From IMG/VR virus record IMGVR_UViG_3300022932_000017, positions 1 to 64,000 of that record: 64,000 bases of DNA. One strand, written 5' to 3'. The position numbers and the translations under genes are program-made. The stretch's first letter is position 1, and the number at the start of each line of letters is the position of its first letter. Below are positions 46,425 to 55,738 of this stretch, piece after piece. The stretch comes from a virus. The notes beneath the pieces were generated by a model. That model was not told the origin of the DNA. It was given only the letters and a program-made list of their open reading frames with translations, and did no database searches.

Positions 46425-47304
46425 ATTTGTTATTCCCTATCATTTCATAATACCTACTTCTAAAGAAATCGTAATACAAACTTCCCATGCCTTTGTTCGC
46501 AACACCTTTTGGTTTCGCTTTCTCTATCATATAAACCATTTCATTAGCTTCATAAGGTTTGTCGTGATACCCTTTTAAACCTACTGGTGGTCTCCACACA
46601 TTAATCCATGTCATAGCCTTCCTGAATAGAGATTGTCCGCCAGAAGCTTCCCTAGCAAGAGGTATCGGGTAATATCTAACTGATTGTCCGTTTATCTTTT
46701 CTTCTTTCAAATGTTGAGCAGCAGGATGAAGTGTAATAATCATGTGAGTATCCATTTTTTTATTGGCTCTACGAACATCTCCCATTAAGTCTTCAATGTA
46801 CAAATCCTGTCTAGCGCCATATAAAGACATATCGTGTTTATGTTCATTGTACGGATCGGCTAATATTATTTTTTCGTCAGTCCTCATTTCAAATATCTCA
46901 CCGAATGAATAAGACTTTTCTTCTGTATCTATGATGGAAAACCAATTATCAACATAAGCTACAGCTTTTTTGAAAGTCTCGTAATCTATTGCCATAGGAT
47001 GTGAGGGATAAATTGACCTATTGAAAACCTTATGAATTATTTCCGCATAGATGTCAGCCACAGAGCCCGTCTCCGAAGAACTTATTATTGCTCTTTTTTT
47101 GTATTTACGGACTTGATTTAAAGCTAACTCAAAGCTTAATTCGGATTTACCTTGATGTGGCGCTCCTAATATGAATGTATAACTGCCCTGTTTTAGTGTA
47201 AATAGCTTATCTAAGCTCCTAAATCCGGTAGAGTCACCTAATGGACTTCCTAATTTTTTTAATGCCTCTAATTGATCTTGTACGTCTTTATATTTTTTTA
47301 TCAT
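46357..47304 (-). CDS. DnaB/RecA-like SF4 replicative helicase
   Basis: STGFRSLD, Walker A GAPHQGKS, ILADPYN, ITLHP. Confidence 0.85.
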   Translation of the reverse strand: MIKKYKDVQDQLEALKKLGSPLGDSTGFRSLDKLFTLKQGSYTFILGAPHQGKSELSFELALNQVRKYKKRAIISSSETGSVADIYAEIIHKVFNRSIYPSHPMAIDYETFKKAVAYVDNWFSIIDTEEKSYSFGEIFEMRTDEKIILADPYNEHKHDMSLYGARQDLYIEDLMGDVRRANKKMDTHMIITLHPAAQHLKEEKINGQSVRYYPIPLAREASGGQSLFRKAMTWINVWRPPVGLKGYHDKPYEANEMVYMIEKAKPKGVANKGMGSLYYDFFRSRYYEMIGNNKCGAFQYEKFPEDSETDNNLPPF

Positions 47305-47308
47305 GATA

Positions 47309-47983
47309 TTAGTTCAATGGCATTAATGAATAATTCTGTTCTTCCTGAATCTCAATTATAGTTTCAAATTCATCTAACCATCTTTTCTGATTAATATACT
47401 TAGACGGATACATTTGCTTCAACCAACTCTGCTCTGGCTTTTTTAGGTAATTCAAATAATTAGGCGTTAATCTAATGCAATCTTGCTTTTGTTTTGTGGT
47501 AAGCTTTGACCATGATTTTTCACTAGAATCCCGTTCTTTTTTTAGTCCGTATAAATTCCAAAAAATTTCAAAAGAAGGTTCTTCTATGTTATTTCTTAAA
47601 GTGTTATTCTTAGGGTCAACGTCCTTTACTACCCCTAGTAAATCTAGTTGACTAGGGTAGTCAATCTCCTTTACTACCTCAACTTCTTCAATTAGATATA
47701 AAGGCTCATAAACATTGTTACCGTAATCCCCTTGTTTAGTTATCTTTTTTTGAACTACAACCAAGCAGTTATTTTTAAGTTCGTTTATAGATTTTATTAT
47801 AGTTGGTTTAGATAATTTTAAGTTTTTGCAAATTGTATTTATAGAAGGATAGCATGTAGCCTTATCTCCTGCGTAGCTAACTAAAAGTGCATATAAAGCT
47901 TTTGCATTGGCGCTAATTGCATCGCTTGTCATTATATCTCTCTGTATCATACCAAATCCCTCTTTTATTCTTGCTGTCCTCAT
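47309..47983 (-). CDS. Replication initiator with N-terminal HTH
   Basis: AKALYALL...CYPSINTICKNL..SKPTIIKSINEL; FEIFWNLY...YPSKYINQKRWLDE. Confidence 0.85.
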   Translation of the reverse strand: MRTARIKEGFGMIQRDIMTSDAISANAKALYALLVSYAGDKATCYPSINTICKNLKLSKPTIIKSINELKNNCLVVVQKKITKQGDYGNNVYEPLYLIEEVEVVKEIDYPSQLDLLGVVKDVDPKNNTLRNNIEEPSFEIFWNLYGLKKERDSSEKSWSKLTTKQKQDCIRLTPNYLNYLKKPEQSWLKQMYPSKYINQKRWLDEFETIIEIQEEQNYSLMPLN

Positions 47984-48642
47984 ACGTATTGTGGGTTTTT
48001 AAGGTTATTTAAATCATCTGCCCCATAAACAAGGTCTCCATGAGTTATTATGGTATTTCTTTGCTCTAGTAGATCGTTTAAAGCATCTAATCTAAATTGC
48101 CTCCATTCTTTTAATGGATAATATTTATTCATATAATCTTCTTTATATTCAAGATCGCTCATGTTTTTATATTTTAAAAAATTTAAATAATACCATTGAA
48201 CATCACCAAATATCAATTTAGGTTCTAAAGAAGAGCAATTACATGAAATTACATATTCATGAGTTACGATAGTAGGCATAGTATTATGACCATTTTTATA
48301 TATTGATGGGAACTCTATACTTGACCTTGTGTATTTCTCCTTTCCTAGGTTGTCATATTTATCTGGATATACTTCCCAAACCGGAGAATGATTTTCGTGT
48401 TCATAAGTAAATTCAGGTTCTTCTTTTTGGTGTTCTTTTGCATGGCAACTTGCGCATATTGTTTCTAATTCTTCCAATTTAACATCCCAAGGATTTCCTT
48501 TATAGGAATTATGGTGTACATGTAGAGTGCTTTTATCGTCTCCGCATCTTAAACATGTGAAACTATCTCTACTAAGAACCTCTAATCTTTTTTTCTGCCA
48601 CCTAGGATCAAGTAATTTTTCTTTATATGTAGTCTTTGTCAT
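47980..48642 (-). CDS. HNH endonuclease-domain protein
   Basis: DPRWQKKRLEVLSRDSFTCLRCG..LHVHH..ICASCH. Confidence 0.85.
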   Translation of the reverse strand: MTKTTYKEKLLDPRWQKKRLEVLSRDSFTCLRCGDDKSTLHVHHNSYKGNPWDVKLEELETICASCHAKEHQKEEPEFTYEHENHSPVWEVYPDKYDNLGKEKYTRSSIEFPSIYKNGHNTMPTIVTHEYVISCNCSSLEPKLIFGDVQWYYLNFLKYKNMSDLEYKEDYMNKYYPLKEWRQFRLDALNDLLEQRNTIITHGDLVYGADDLNNLKNPQYV

Positions 48643-48690
48643 TTGTTTGTTGTTTAAAAGTGTTATAAAAAAGTCGACAGCAAAGCCTAG

Positions 48691-48840
48691 CTATGCTATT
48701 TTGACGAATTTTACTCCATCTATTTGAACTAGAGTAATTAGTTTAGCTTTTGCTTGATCGTACACCCATGTAGTGCTTTTGTTTTTCTGTCTGGCGAAGG
48801 TGCTTACCTTGACGAGATCTGTTCTTATTTGTGTTTCCAT
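48691..48840 (-). CDS. 49-aa Xis/HTH-like small DNA-binding protein, near-leaderless, not in ORF track
   Basis: METQIRTDLVKVSTFARQKNKSTTWVYDQAKAKLITLVQIDGVKFVKIA; TACCTTTG at 48846-48853 lies 5 nt upstream. Confidence 0.65.
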   Translation of the reverse strand: METQIRTDLVKVSTFARQKNKSTTWVYDQAKAKLITLVQIDGVKFVKIA

Positions 48841-48906
48841 ATAAACAAAGGTATAAGGTTATTTGGAAGTTTCAAAGTATTCGGTAATATTTATTTTTTA
48901 CCCAAT

Positions 48907-48935
48907 AAAAAACCCACAGTATCACTACGTGGGTT
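48907..48935 (-). terminator. Intrinsic terminator
   Basis: AACCCAC/GTGGGTT plus T tract. Confidence 0.7.
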
Positions 48936-48982
48936 AACCTCTATCTCACGACAAGGCTTGACTATTTAACAGGTCTTAAATG

Positions 48983-49231
48983 CTATGGATTTTGCACCTT
49001 TTTTATGTCTTCTGCCGGACTGAAAGTAATATAGTACTCTTCCCCTGCTTCAAAGAAGCCTAGTGCATCAGGGTTCGTTATATGAAGCTTAATTGAGCCA
49101 CTAGGAGTATACATACTGAAAGATTTGTTTTCTTCACTTCCTGATACAACCGGAGAAAGGTTTGCTTCGTGATTGTTGTTTCCGTAGTCTACGACAGAGC
49201 CTACTTTGAATTTTGCTTGTAATGTTCTCAT
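48983..49231 (-). CDS. Conserved small phage protein (AKF...ENxxFxxxTPSG...EYY), monocistronic
   Basis: Recognisable motif; promoter TACTTTTG at 49258-49265. Confidence 0.75.
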   Translation of the reverse strand: MRTLQAKFKVGSVVDYGNNNHEANLSPVVSGSEENKSFSMYTPSGSIKLHITNPDALGFFEAGEEYYITFSPAEDIKKVQNP

Positions 49232-49282
49232 TGCTTATGTTTTTAAATTGTAAGTCTCAAAAGTACAGAAAATAGCAGACAT

Positions 49283-49308
49283 AAAAAAAGAGGGACATAA
49301 CCCCTCTT
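49283..49308 (-). terminator. Intrinsic terminator
   Basis: AAGAGGG/CCCTCTT plus T7. Confidence 0.7.
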
Positions 49309-49377
49309 CCTTGATAAACAGAATAATATATTTTTTTTAAATGTTTATAAATCTATTAATTGTTATTTTGTTGCTGA

Positions 49378-49974
49378 CTAAGCGATTTTAAGTTGTCTGC
49401 CTTTTAGTTCTTTTCCCTTAGCTAACCAAGAGTCAATAGCCTCAATCATTTCGTATACTTGAGCATCTAACAGGCTTACCAAGGGGTAGTACATGTCATC
49501 TGTCTTATTCAGATTGATAACTCCACTTTTAAATGAGTTTTTAAATGGTTTTGAGCGCTTTACAGCCACTTTATGTCCGGTGATGTTGATTCCTGCCAGT
49601 TGACCATCTTTGTTCTCTATAAACTGTATTTTGTCGATGTCAACATTGTCAAACCTTACGTCTTGTTGAAGACCTTCCTTCTGCCATTCAAATTCCTTGA
49701 ACCATTTTTCGTAGTCCATGTCTTTATCAAGGTTGATAGAATTGTCAATAAACTCCGAACTAAATAAAAGATGGGGAATCATTTTTTCTATGCAGTCTGA
49801 CAGTTCTTTGTTTAGAGGTTGATTGCTGCTCTTAGTCCATTTAACGTCGTACACCTCTTGAGTATTGGATACTTCGGCATCAGGAAACACTACAGTGCAG
49901 AACACCTGATTCTTTTTACGTTGGATTGTTAGTTCTTTGTACTTTACCATTTTTGTTTTTCTAATTGTTTTCAA
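49378..49974 (-). CDS. Hypothetical protein (start probably ATG at 49950)
   Basis: ORF. Confidence 0.7.
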   Translation of the reverse strand: MKTIRKTKMVKYKELTIQRKKNQVFCTVVFPDAEVSNTQEVYDVKWTKSSNQPLNKELSDCIEKMIPHLLFSSEFIDNSINLDKDMDYEKWFKEFEWQKEGLQQDVRFDNVDIDKIQFIENKDGQLAGINITGHKVAVKRSKPFKNSFKSGVINLNKTDDMYYPLVSLLDAQVYEMIEAIDSWLAKGKELKGRQLKIA

Positions 49975-49983
49975 ATATATTAA

Positions 49984-50334
49984 TTATTGTTTTATTAGCT
50001 TTCCGTCTCTAACTATATTCATTTTAGCCCACGAGTTTACATCTTCATCAGAAGCATTTAAAAACTCATAAGGTAGACGTTTAAGGTAAATAGTCCAAGG
50101 TGTTCCTGTGCTATCGGAATAAATCTCTGAAATATTTTCATTTCCAATAATATCCCTAAGCCACCCTCTTATCATTTCAATGTCTTGTTCTTCTTGTTTA
50201 GTGCCTTTGTCGTAGAGCGACGGATTAGCTACCACGATACGGATAAAAGGTGATGATTGGTCTGTTTTTCCAAGTGTTACTACCGCTCTGCTTGGCAAGG
50301 CTTCCCTTACTCTGTTTAAATCAATTGTTTTCAT
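49984..50334 (-). CDS. Hypothetical protein
   Basis: ORF. Confidence 0.65.
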   Translation of the reverse strand: MKTIDLNRVREALPSRAVVTLGKTDQSSPFIRIVVANPSLYDKGTKQEEQDIEMIRGWLRDIIGNENISEIYSDSTGTPWTIYLKRLPYEFLNASDEDVNSWAKMNIVRDGKLIKQ

Positions 50335-50345
50335 AATTCTTTGTT

Positions 50346-50903
50346 TTATTCGGGTACTTCAATGTCTCCTAGTGGAGTGCTTTCTATTCTGGTTTTAGGT
50401 TTTGGATTAGCTTTATCAGCTATTTTGTAATTAGTCCATGCGCAACCTATCTCAAACATATCTCTGTTGCCAAGGATTAAGGTTCTGCAACCATCCATTC
50501 TCTGCCATTCAATATCTTGTTTGACTAACCATGAACGAAATAGAGATGAACATTCCATTACAGGCACTCCTTCTTTGATAGGTTCTAAGTCTACAGGACG
50601 ACCTACAGAAGTGAATTGCAAAGGTTGCCTATCAAAATCATGAAGCATCTTAACAAGTTGGTCTTGCTGTTCTTTCTGCCACTCTTTATCTATCTCAACT
50701 ATCTGCCAGTCTTCACGTAGAACTGTTGCTTCTAGCCAAGGTGTTGTAGATACAGTGCCATCATGCTTCATTACATTGATCTTTCCGGCCTCTAGAAACC
50801 AATAGCCCGACCATTCGGGACACCTTACCCACTTTCTCTCTTTGAGAGCTTGTAGAGCCTCGGAGAAGGTTAAATTACGCTGTACAATTGTTAGTTTTTT
50901 CAT
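50346..50903 (-). CDS. DUF2829/Tad2-like domain protein with C-terminal extension
   Basis: LTFSEALQALKERKWVRCPEWSG...PWL..TVLREDWQIV. Confidence 0.7.
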   Translation of the reverse strand: MKKLTIVQRNLTFSEALQALKERKWVRCPEWSGYWFLEAGKINVMKHDGTVSTTPWLEATVLREDWQIVEIDKEWQKEQQDQLVKMLHDFDRQPLQFTSVGRPVDLEPIKEGVPVMECSSLFRSWLVKQDIEWQRMDGCRTLILGNRDMFEIGCAWTNYKIADKANPKPKTRIESTPLGDIEVPE

Positions 50904-50905
50904 CT

Positions 50906-51184
50906 CTATAGTTTATTAGGTGAACATACTAAATCAAACTCTTCTGCATACTCGGTTGCCGACTCTTCGGAAAAGTCTCTAATAAACCTTCTGCAAGCAT
51001 CTGCATTGTGAAACCTAACTAGTTCGAAGGCTATTTCTTCATCACTGTCTTTGTTGTATCCATAGCATTGTATGGTTACAATTTGATTTCCATCGTCATC
51101 TGTGTCTCTGAAAAGTAGAACATCAGGTAGTGGATTTTTTAATTCAATAGTTTTAAATTCCATGTTGTTTTCTATTTGTTTCAT
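50906..51184 (-). CDS. Hypothetical protein
   Basis: ORF. Confidence 0.6.
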   Translation of the reverse strand: MKQIENNMEFKTIELKNPLPDVLLFRDTDDDGNQIVTIQCYGYNKDSDEEIAFELVRFHNADACRRFIRDFSEESATEYAEEFDLVCSPNKL

Positions 51185-51645
51185 AATAAATCTATTTCTT
51201 TTTGCTCATTGGGAGAGGGAATGTAGTGGTTCAAAAACTCCATGCTCCACTTTTGGATTGCATCTATGTAACTCATAAACTCTGTAGTGGTTAATTCAGT
51301 AGTTGATTTGGTTATACTGATGTATTCCCCGCTAAATTCAGGTGATGGTAAGTCCTCTGTAAGGAATTTATGCCTAAGCATATCGTGTACTACCTCAAGA
51401 TTAAGTGAACTAGCTTCGAATCCTGCCTCTATAAGCCCGTCTAATACTTCCGGCACACAGCAACTCCAATAATACGAGTTCTGTAGCGTAGAGCGCATCT
51501 TACGTGGCTTCCTGAACACTCCAATGACAGTCATGCTTTTGAATAAGTTTTTCATGTCATTTTCGAAGGCTTTACGATTTACAATCTTGATTTCTTTGCC
51601 ATCTTCGGAGACTTTAAATTGATATTTAAGTTCTTTAGTTGCCAT
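51181..51645 (-). CDS. NinB/YbcN-like recombination protein
   Basis: RSTLQNSYYW...VHDMLRHKFL...STTELTTTEFMSYIDAI...IPSP; start moved to MATKELK. Confidence 0.75.
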   Translation of the reverse strand: MATKELKYQFKVSEDGKEIKIVNRKAFENDMKNLFKSMTVIGVFRKPRKMRSTLQNSYYWSCCVPEVLDGLIEAGFEASSLNLEVVHDMLRHKFLTEDLPSPEFSGEYISITKSTTELTTTEFMSYIDAIQKWSMEFLNHYIPSPNEQKEIDLL

Positions 51646-51772
51646 TATCCTAATATTATCCAATACATGCCACAAATCTTTTTTTCACGAATCCACATCG
51701 TATGTAATCCGTACATGTGAAAAGCTAATATCCCCGCTCCTACATGAATTATTTTAAGTGTTGTTAGTCTAC

Positions 51773-52042
51773 TCATTTCAATTGGTCTTTAATTTTAAGT
51801 ATTGATTCTTGGTCTACTTCAACATGATCCATGTCATCTGCAAAGTATGCGTAATTGCCTTTCATAATATGTTTGTTATGTCTTTCTATTTTTAAGTATG
51901 CTTTATCTGCTGCGGCATCTATAGCTTGTTCAGCGTATAACTTCATGAAATTGATAACATCTTTATACGTATATAATTCATCAAATTGACTTACGTCATC
52001 GGCTTGCCAATATTCTTGTAAAATTTCTAGTCCTGTTTTCAT
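51773..52042 (-). CDS. Hypothetical phage protein
   Basis: ORF, operon packing. Confidence 0.65.
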   Translation of the reverse strand: MKTGLEILQEYWQADDVSQFDELYTYKDVINFMKLYAEQAIDAAADKAYLKIERHNKHIMKGNYAYFADDMDHVEVDQESILKIKDQLK

Positions 52043-52045
52043 GGT

Positions 52046-52288
52046 TTAATCTTCAATTATAAGTTCAAATTCTCTAACATACCAATCTTGAAACCTGCCA
52101 AATTCAAATGGAATATAATCTTCATGTTTATAGCATTCATCCCATTCTGACTTTTCCTGCGCTTTGTGTTTATTCATTGCCGCTATTGCTCCTTCTTCTG
52201 TTCTGTGGTAAGATTCAATATAAGATGCGCTTTCCTCTGTCATTGGGTTGTAATAGAATGCCCAAAGTTTAATTGTTTCGTTTTCCAT
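52046..52288 (-). CDS. Hypothetical phage protein
   Basis: ORF, operon packing. Confidence 0.65.
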   Translation of the reverse strand: MENETIKLWAFYYNPMTEESASYIESYHRTEEGAIAAMNKHKAQEKSEWDECYKHEDYIPFEFGRFQDWYVREFELIIED

Positions 52289-52292
52289 GTTT

Positions 52293-52550
52293 TTAAATTA
52301 AAGCCGTTACAGCCGTTTTAAGCTCTTCATAAGTTAATTCCGATATATATTCATCTCCACCAGAACAAATGCATCCAAAGACCTTATTTGACCAATTAAA
52401 TGAATATCCTGATATGTTATCTATAGTAAAGAACATACATTCCCTAGTTTCAGGTCTTTCATCGCTTATTTCTATGCCTAAGTCTAGCAGTTGTGTTGCC
52501 TCCGGTGTATTCCAGAATATGTTTAGGGCTAGTGGGGTTTTAAGATTCAT
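52293..52550 (-). CDS. Hypothetical phage protein
   Basis: ORF, operon packing. Confidence 0.65.
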   Translation of the reverse strand: MNLKTPLALNIFWNTPEATQLLDLGIEISDERPETRECMFFTIDNISGYSFNWSNKVFGCICSGGDEYISELTYEELKTAVTALI

Positions 52551-52857
52551 GTGTTTCTTGTTTTTCTTTTTCAGCTATATTCAAGAGTGTTCTCCTGATT
52601 CCTCGCTTTGTAAATTCTATAGACAATAATCTATAGCACTCGTCACGATAACTTTCTTTATCTTCCGTCGCCATTTTACCATAATAAGGCCCTGTGCCTA
52701 GTCTATACATTAACTTATCACTTCCTGTATACAAACAAACTGTAGCGGTTTCATCTGTTATTTCTTCTTTGAAATACATAGACGTACCTTCTTCCATATT
52801 TATTTCGTCAATTAGCTTTCTAAAAAAGCCTCTGCTTAAATTCTTTCTGTATGCCAT
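52540..52857 (-). CDS. Hypothetical phage protein
   Basis: ORF, operon packing. Confidence 0.6.
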   Translation of the reverse strand: MAYRKNLSRGFFRKLIDEINMEEGTSMYFKEEITDETATVCLYTGSDKLMYRLGTGPYYGKMATEDKESYRDECYRLLSIEFTKRGIRRTLLNIAEKEKQETHES

Positions 52858-53074
52858 TTCTATTTATTTTTAAACCTTCAACCTGCATTAATAGATCTTC
52901 TTCTCTCTCTTTAATTCTAACACTTCCGTTTCTTAAATTGGGAGCAGTAAACATTATAATCCCATCCTCATTTATATCGAAAGCCCCCTTACATCTATCG
53001 AGAAACAAATTAATTTTAGTTCCGTCAGTAGTATCATCCGATGATACAGTAATCGTTATTCTTTTATCTTCCAT
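52820..53074 (-). CDS. Hypothetical phage protein
   Basis: TAATG coupling. Confidence 0.55.
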   Translation of the reverse strand: MEDKRITITVSSDDTTDGTKINLFLDRCKGAFDINEDGIIMFTAPNLRNGSVRIKEREEDLLMQVEGLKINRNGIQKEFKQRLF

Positions 53075-53304
53075 TATTTGAATATTATAGCACCCCTTAC
53101 TTTTGTTTTTGTATGAGGCAGTTTAACCCATCCTATTTGTTGCCTCCCATCTTTAGCTCGTGAGAAGTCGTTGAACTTCATAAATTGAAAAACTATAATA
53201 TTATCACAATCAGATTTGAAAGATGCAATTTTTGACTTACCCGCTAATGACAGCAATGAACATGAATATCTAGTATTCTCATGAACTATATACCACCTTC
53301 TCAT
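53074..53304 (-). CDS. Hypothetical phage protein
   Basis: Coupled on both sides. Confidence 0.55.
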   Translation of the reverse strand: MRRWYIVHENTRYSCSLLSLAGKSKIASFKSDCDNIIVFQFMKFNDFSRAKDGRQQIGWVKLPHTKTKVRGAIIFK

Positions 53305-53786
53305 TTTACCTCCCTAGTTAATGTTGTTTCTACTCCATGCTTAAATTCCATAATATACTTTATAGATGAAATCCTTTTTGAATCATCCTCTACAAAGTAG
53401 TATAATGGGTTTATCTTGTAAACTCCCTTAATCATAGATACTAAAAACCCAACATCAGAAAGCTGCCTGAAAGCTTTATTAATAGCATCATCACCATAAC
53501 TCTTGTTTGCCTTCCCTTTATGTTTAGAATGAAAGTCCGCAAACGTCTTTCTTGTTATAGCGTTGTTATTAATAAAACCATTTTCTGTCATATTACCAGA
53601 CAACCATTCCATCAAATGCATTCCACACCCTGTTATACCCATTATAAGGCATACAACCGAATTATACCTTCTAGTGAATTTAACATCCGCACTAATAAAG
53701 TCGTACTCATAAGTCTTATCACCATCAGCATCTTTAAGAACCTTCTTTCGATACTTAATCTCTACTATATCTGTTTGTTTTTTCAT
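53301..53786 (-). CDS. RepL-like winged-helix protein, near-leaderless
   Basis: AINKAFRQLSDVGFL..IKGVYKINPLYYF; TATATTTG at 53791-53798 lies 4 nt before ATG 53786. Confidence 0.7.
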   Translation of the reverse strand: MKKQTDIVEIKYRKKVLKDADGDKTYEYDFISADVKFTRRYNSVVCLIMGITGCGMHLMEWLSGNMTENGFINNNAITRKTFADFHSKHKGKANKSYGDDAINKAFRQLSDVGFLVSMIKGVYKINPLYYFVEDDSKRISSIKYIMEFKHGVETTLTREVK

Positions 53787-53813
53787 ACAGCAAATATACA
53801 TATAGTATTTTAA

Positions 53814-54920
53814 AATCCTAATCTTATGTATAAATAAATATCATTATAGCATACGCCTCATCCTATACAACTGTACGCCACGTACGACAAGTACCCCAAA
53901 AATCGGTGTGCCAAACTATTAAAATCACTACTCAACACACATTAAACATCGATTTTCAACATTCCAAGATTCCCTATTACATTTACGGGTGTACTAAACA
54001 AATAACGTAAACTATATACAATAAAAAATCTCCAAAATTTTTCTAGATATTCGATGAGGACATACTATCCACCCCATTATCACCCCGCCCCACCCCAAAA
54101 TGAATCAATCCCTACAAACGGGGGTGGGCTAACAATCAAAATCAATCCATCTTGTTTATCCCTCTCCCTGTCATGTATTAATCAAAAGCGAATCAATCTA
54201 AGGATATCTCCTTGTTAGCTTATCATACTAAAGCAAGGCATACCAATAGATATATCTATTAGACCTTGTAATGGATTAACTTTAGTCATTAGTGTTATTG
54301 GTTATCCATCTATAATCACAGGCTTAAAGCTAATTGTTTGAATTTCATAGTAAAGTCTCCCAGTTTACGGGGTTTATACTATAATGTTGTTTGAATTTCA
54401 TAAGGAATAAGTTTTGACTATTTAATTCATTCATTTGAATAGTTTTGTTAGTCATTTGAATGAAAATGAGGTATAAAAACCCCTTAAAAAACAGTAAAAA
54501 TACCTTAAATCCCCACTTAGTCTAATCTTGATTAATATGTAAGTATCTAATAAATAAAGTGTTGTTGTTATCTAAGATGGTTTATAATAGCTTGATAGAC
54601 GTATTTGTTATGGAGTCATAGTTGTTATTATATATAATAGATAGTTGTTTGTGCGGTGTTATAATGGTTTATAGGGTTATTATGGGAATAAGGTTAATAT
54701 AATGGCATATATAGTAGTTGTTGGTATAAAAATAGTTTACATTGATTTGTGGGTTTAAAGTACATTAAAGACTGATTAGCATGTTTTATATTAAAATATA
54801 TCAAATATTATTTGGTAATAATAAATATAATGTGTTATCTTTGTTGAAGACAAACGGGAAGAAATAAGGGTCATTTCGGGTTTGTACTAAATAAAGGACA
54901 TTAATTTAAAACTTGCAATT
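53814..54920. other. Non-coding divergence region; candidate origin or packaging/terminus region
   Basis: No ORFs, C-rich left half and G/T-rich right half, short direct repeats, C4 runs. Confidence 0.6.
54811..54843 (+). promoter_or_regulatory. Full Bacteroidota primary-sigma promoter for the early arm
   Basis: TTTG (54811-54814), 21-nt spacer, TATCTTTG (54836-54843). Confidence 0.85.
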
Positions 54921-55211
54921 ATGAATACTACAGACAAAATCAATCAACTACTTAATGAAGGTGTAACGGCTAGCTTTGCTAAGTTCCATGGAATGGAACA
55001 GGATGATGTTAACGATTATACTAGAGGTGCTATACAAACGGCAAATGCTTTAATGCCTGTTATAGCTCAAATGATATTATTAATGGAGCAGGATGCTATT
55101 AAATTTAGGGATTGGTGTACTAATGTACAGGCACCATATTTAAGAAATGGTTGGCAAGATATGAGCACAGAAGAACTATATATATTCTATAAAAACACAA
55201 AGTCACTGTAA
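54921..55211 (+). CDS. Hypothetical early protein
   Basis: First ORF after promoter. Confidence 0.7.
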   Translation: MNTTDKINQLLNEGVTASFAKFHGMEQDDVNDYTRGAIQTANALMPVIAQMILLMEQDAIKFRDWCTNVQAPYLRNGWQDMSTEELYIFYKNTKSL

Positions 55212-55480
55212 AGTTCCGCAAGTCTTTGCGGTCTGTCTGCCTCGCCTCCTTAATTGGTTGCGGGGATTAGGCAGTAGTAAGACAATGTAGTTTTACATTT
55301 TAGCTTTATCTCACATGAACACATTACAATCACTTCAACCGTTTAGCCTTGTTAGAATATCTCATGGAAAGTGGCAAGTATTAGACTGCAACGGTATAGA
55401 TTACATTGGGGAGTATGTAACATTGAAAGATGCTAAACGTACTACTGGAAATAAATATATAATAATTAAATAACTAAACT

Positions 55481-55738
55481 ATGAAATTCATTCTCACACT
55501 AGCTTTATGTTTGTCTATGACAGGTGTATTAAGCGCACAAACGATTAAAAAAGACTTATCCGGTAACTATATTCAAGTATCTAAAGATAGTGTATCTAAA
55601 GCCTTAAAAACAGGCAATACGTTTACAGACTCTAAAGGGGTTGTGTATCCATTGTATAAAGGTTCTAAAGGAGGTCTGTTTTACAATAGAGTATCTAAAG
55701 CGGGTAAAGAGTATAAAGTTTATATTAAGGGGGTTTAG
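55481..55738 (+). CDS. Small exported basic protein
   Basis: MKFILTLALCLSMTGVLSA|Q. Confidence 0.75.
   Translation: MKFILTLALCLSMTGVLSAQTIKKDLSGNYIQVSKDSVSKALKTGNTFTDSKGVVYPLYKGSKGGLFYNRVSKAGKEYKVYIKGV

Noticed and set aside
53814-54920. CRISPR array
   Set aside because: Repeats occur only two or three times, are short, and lack regular spacers
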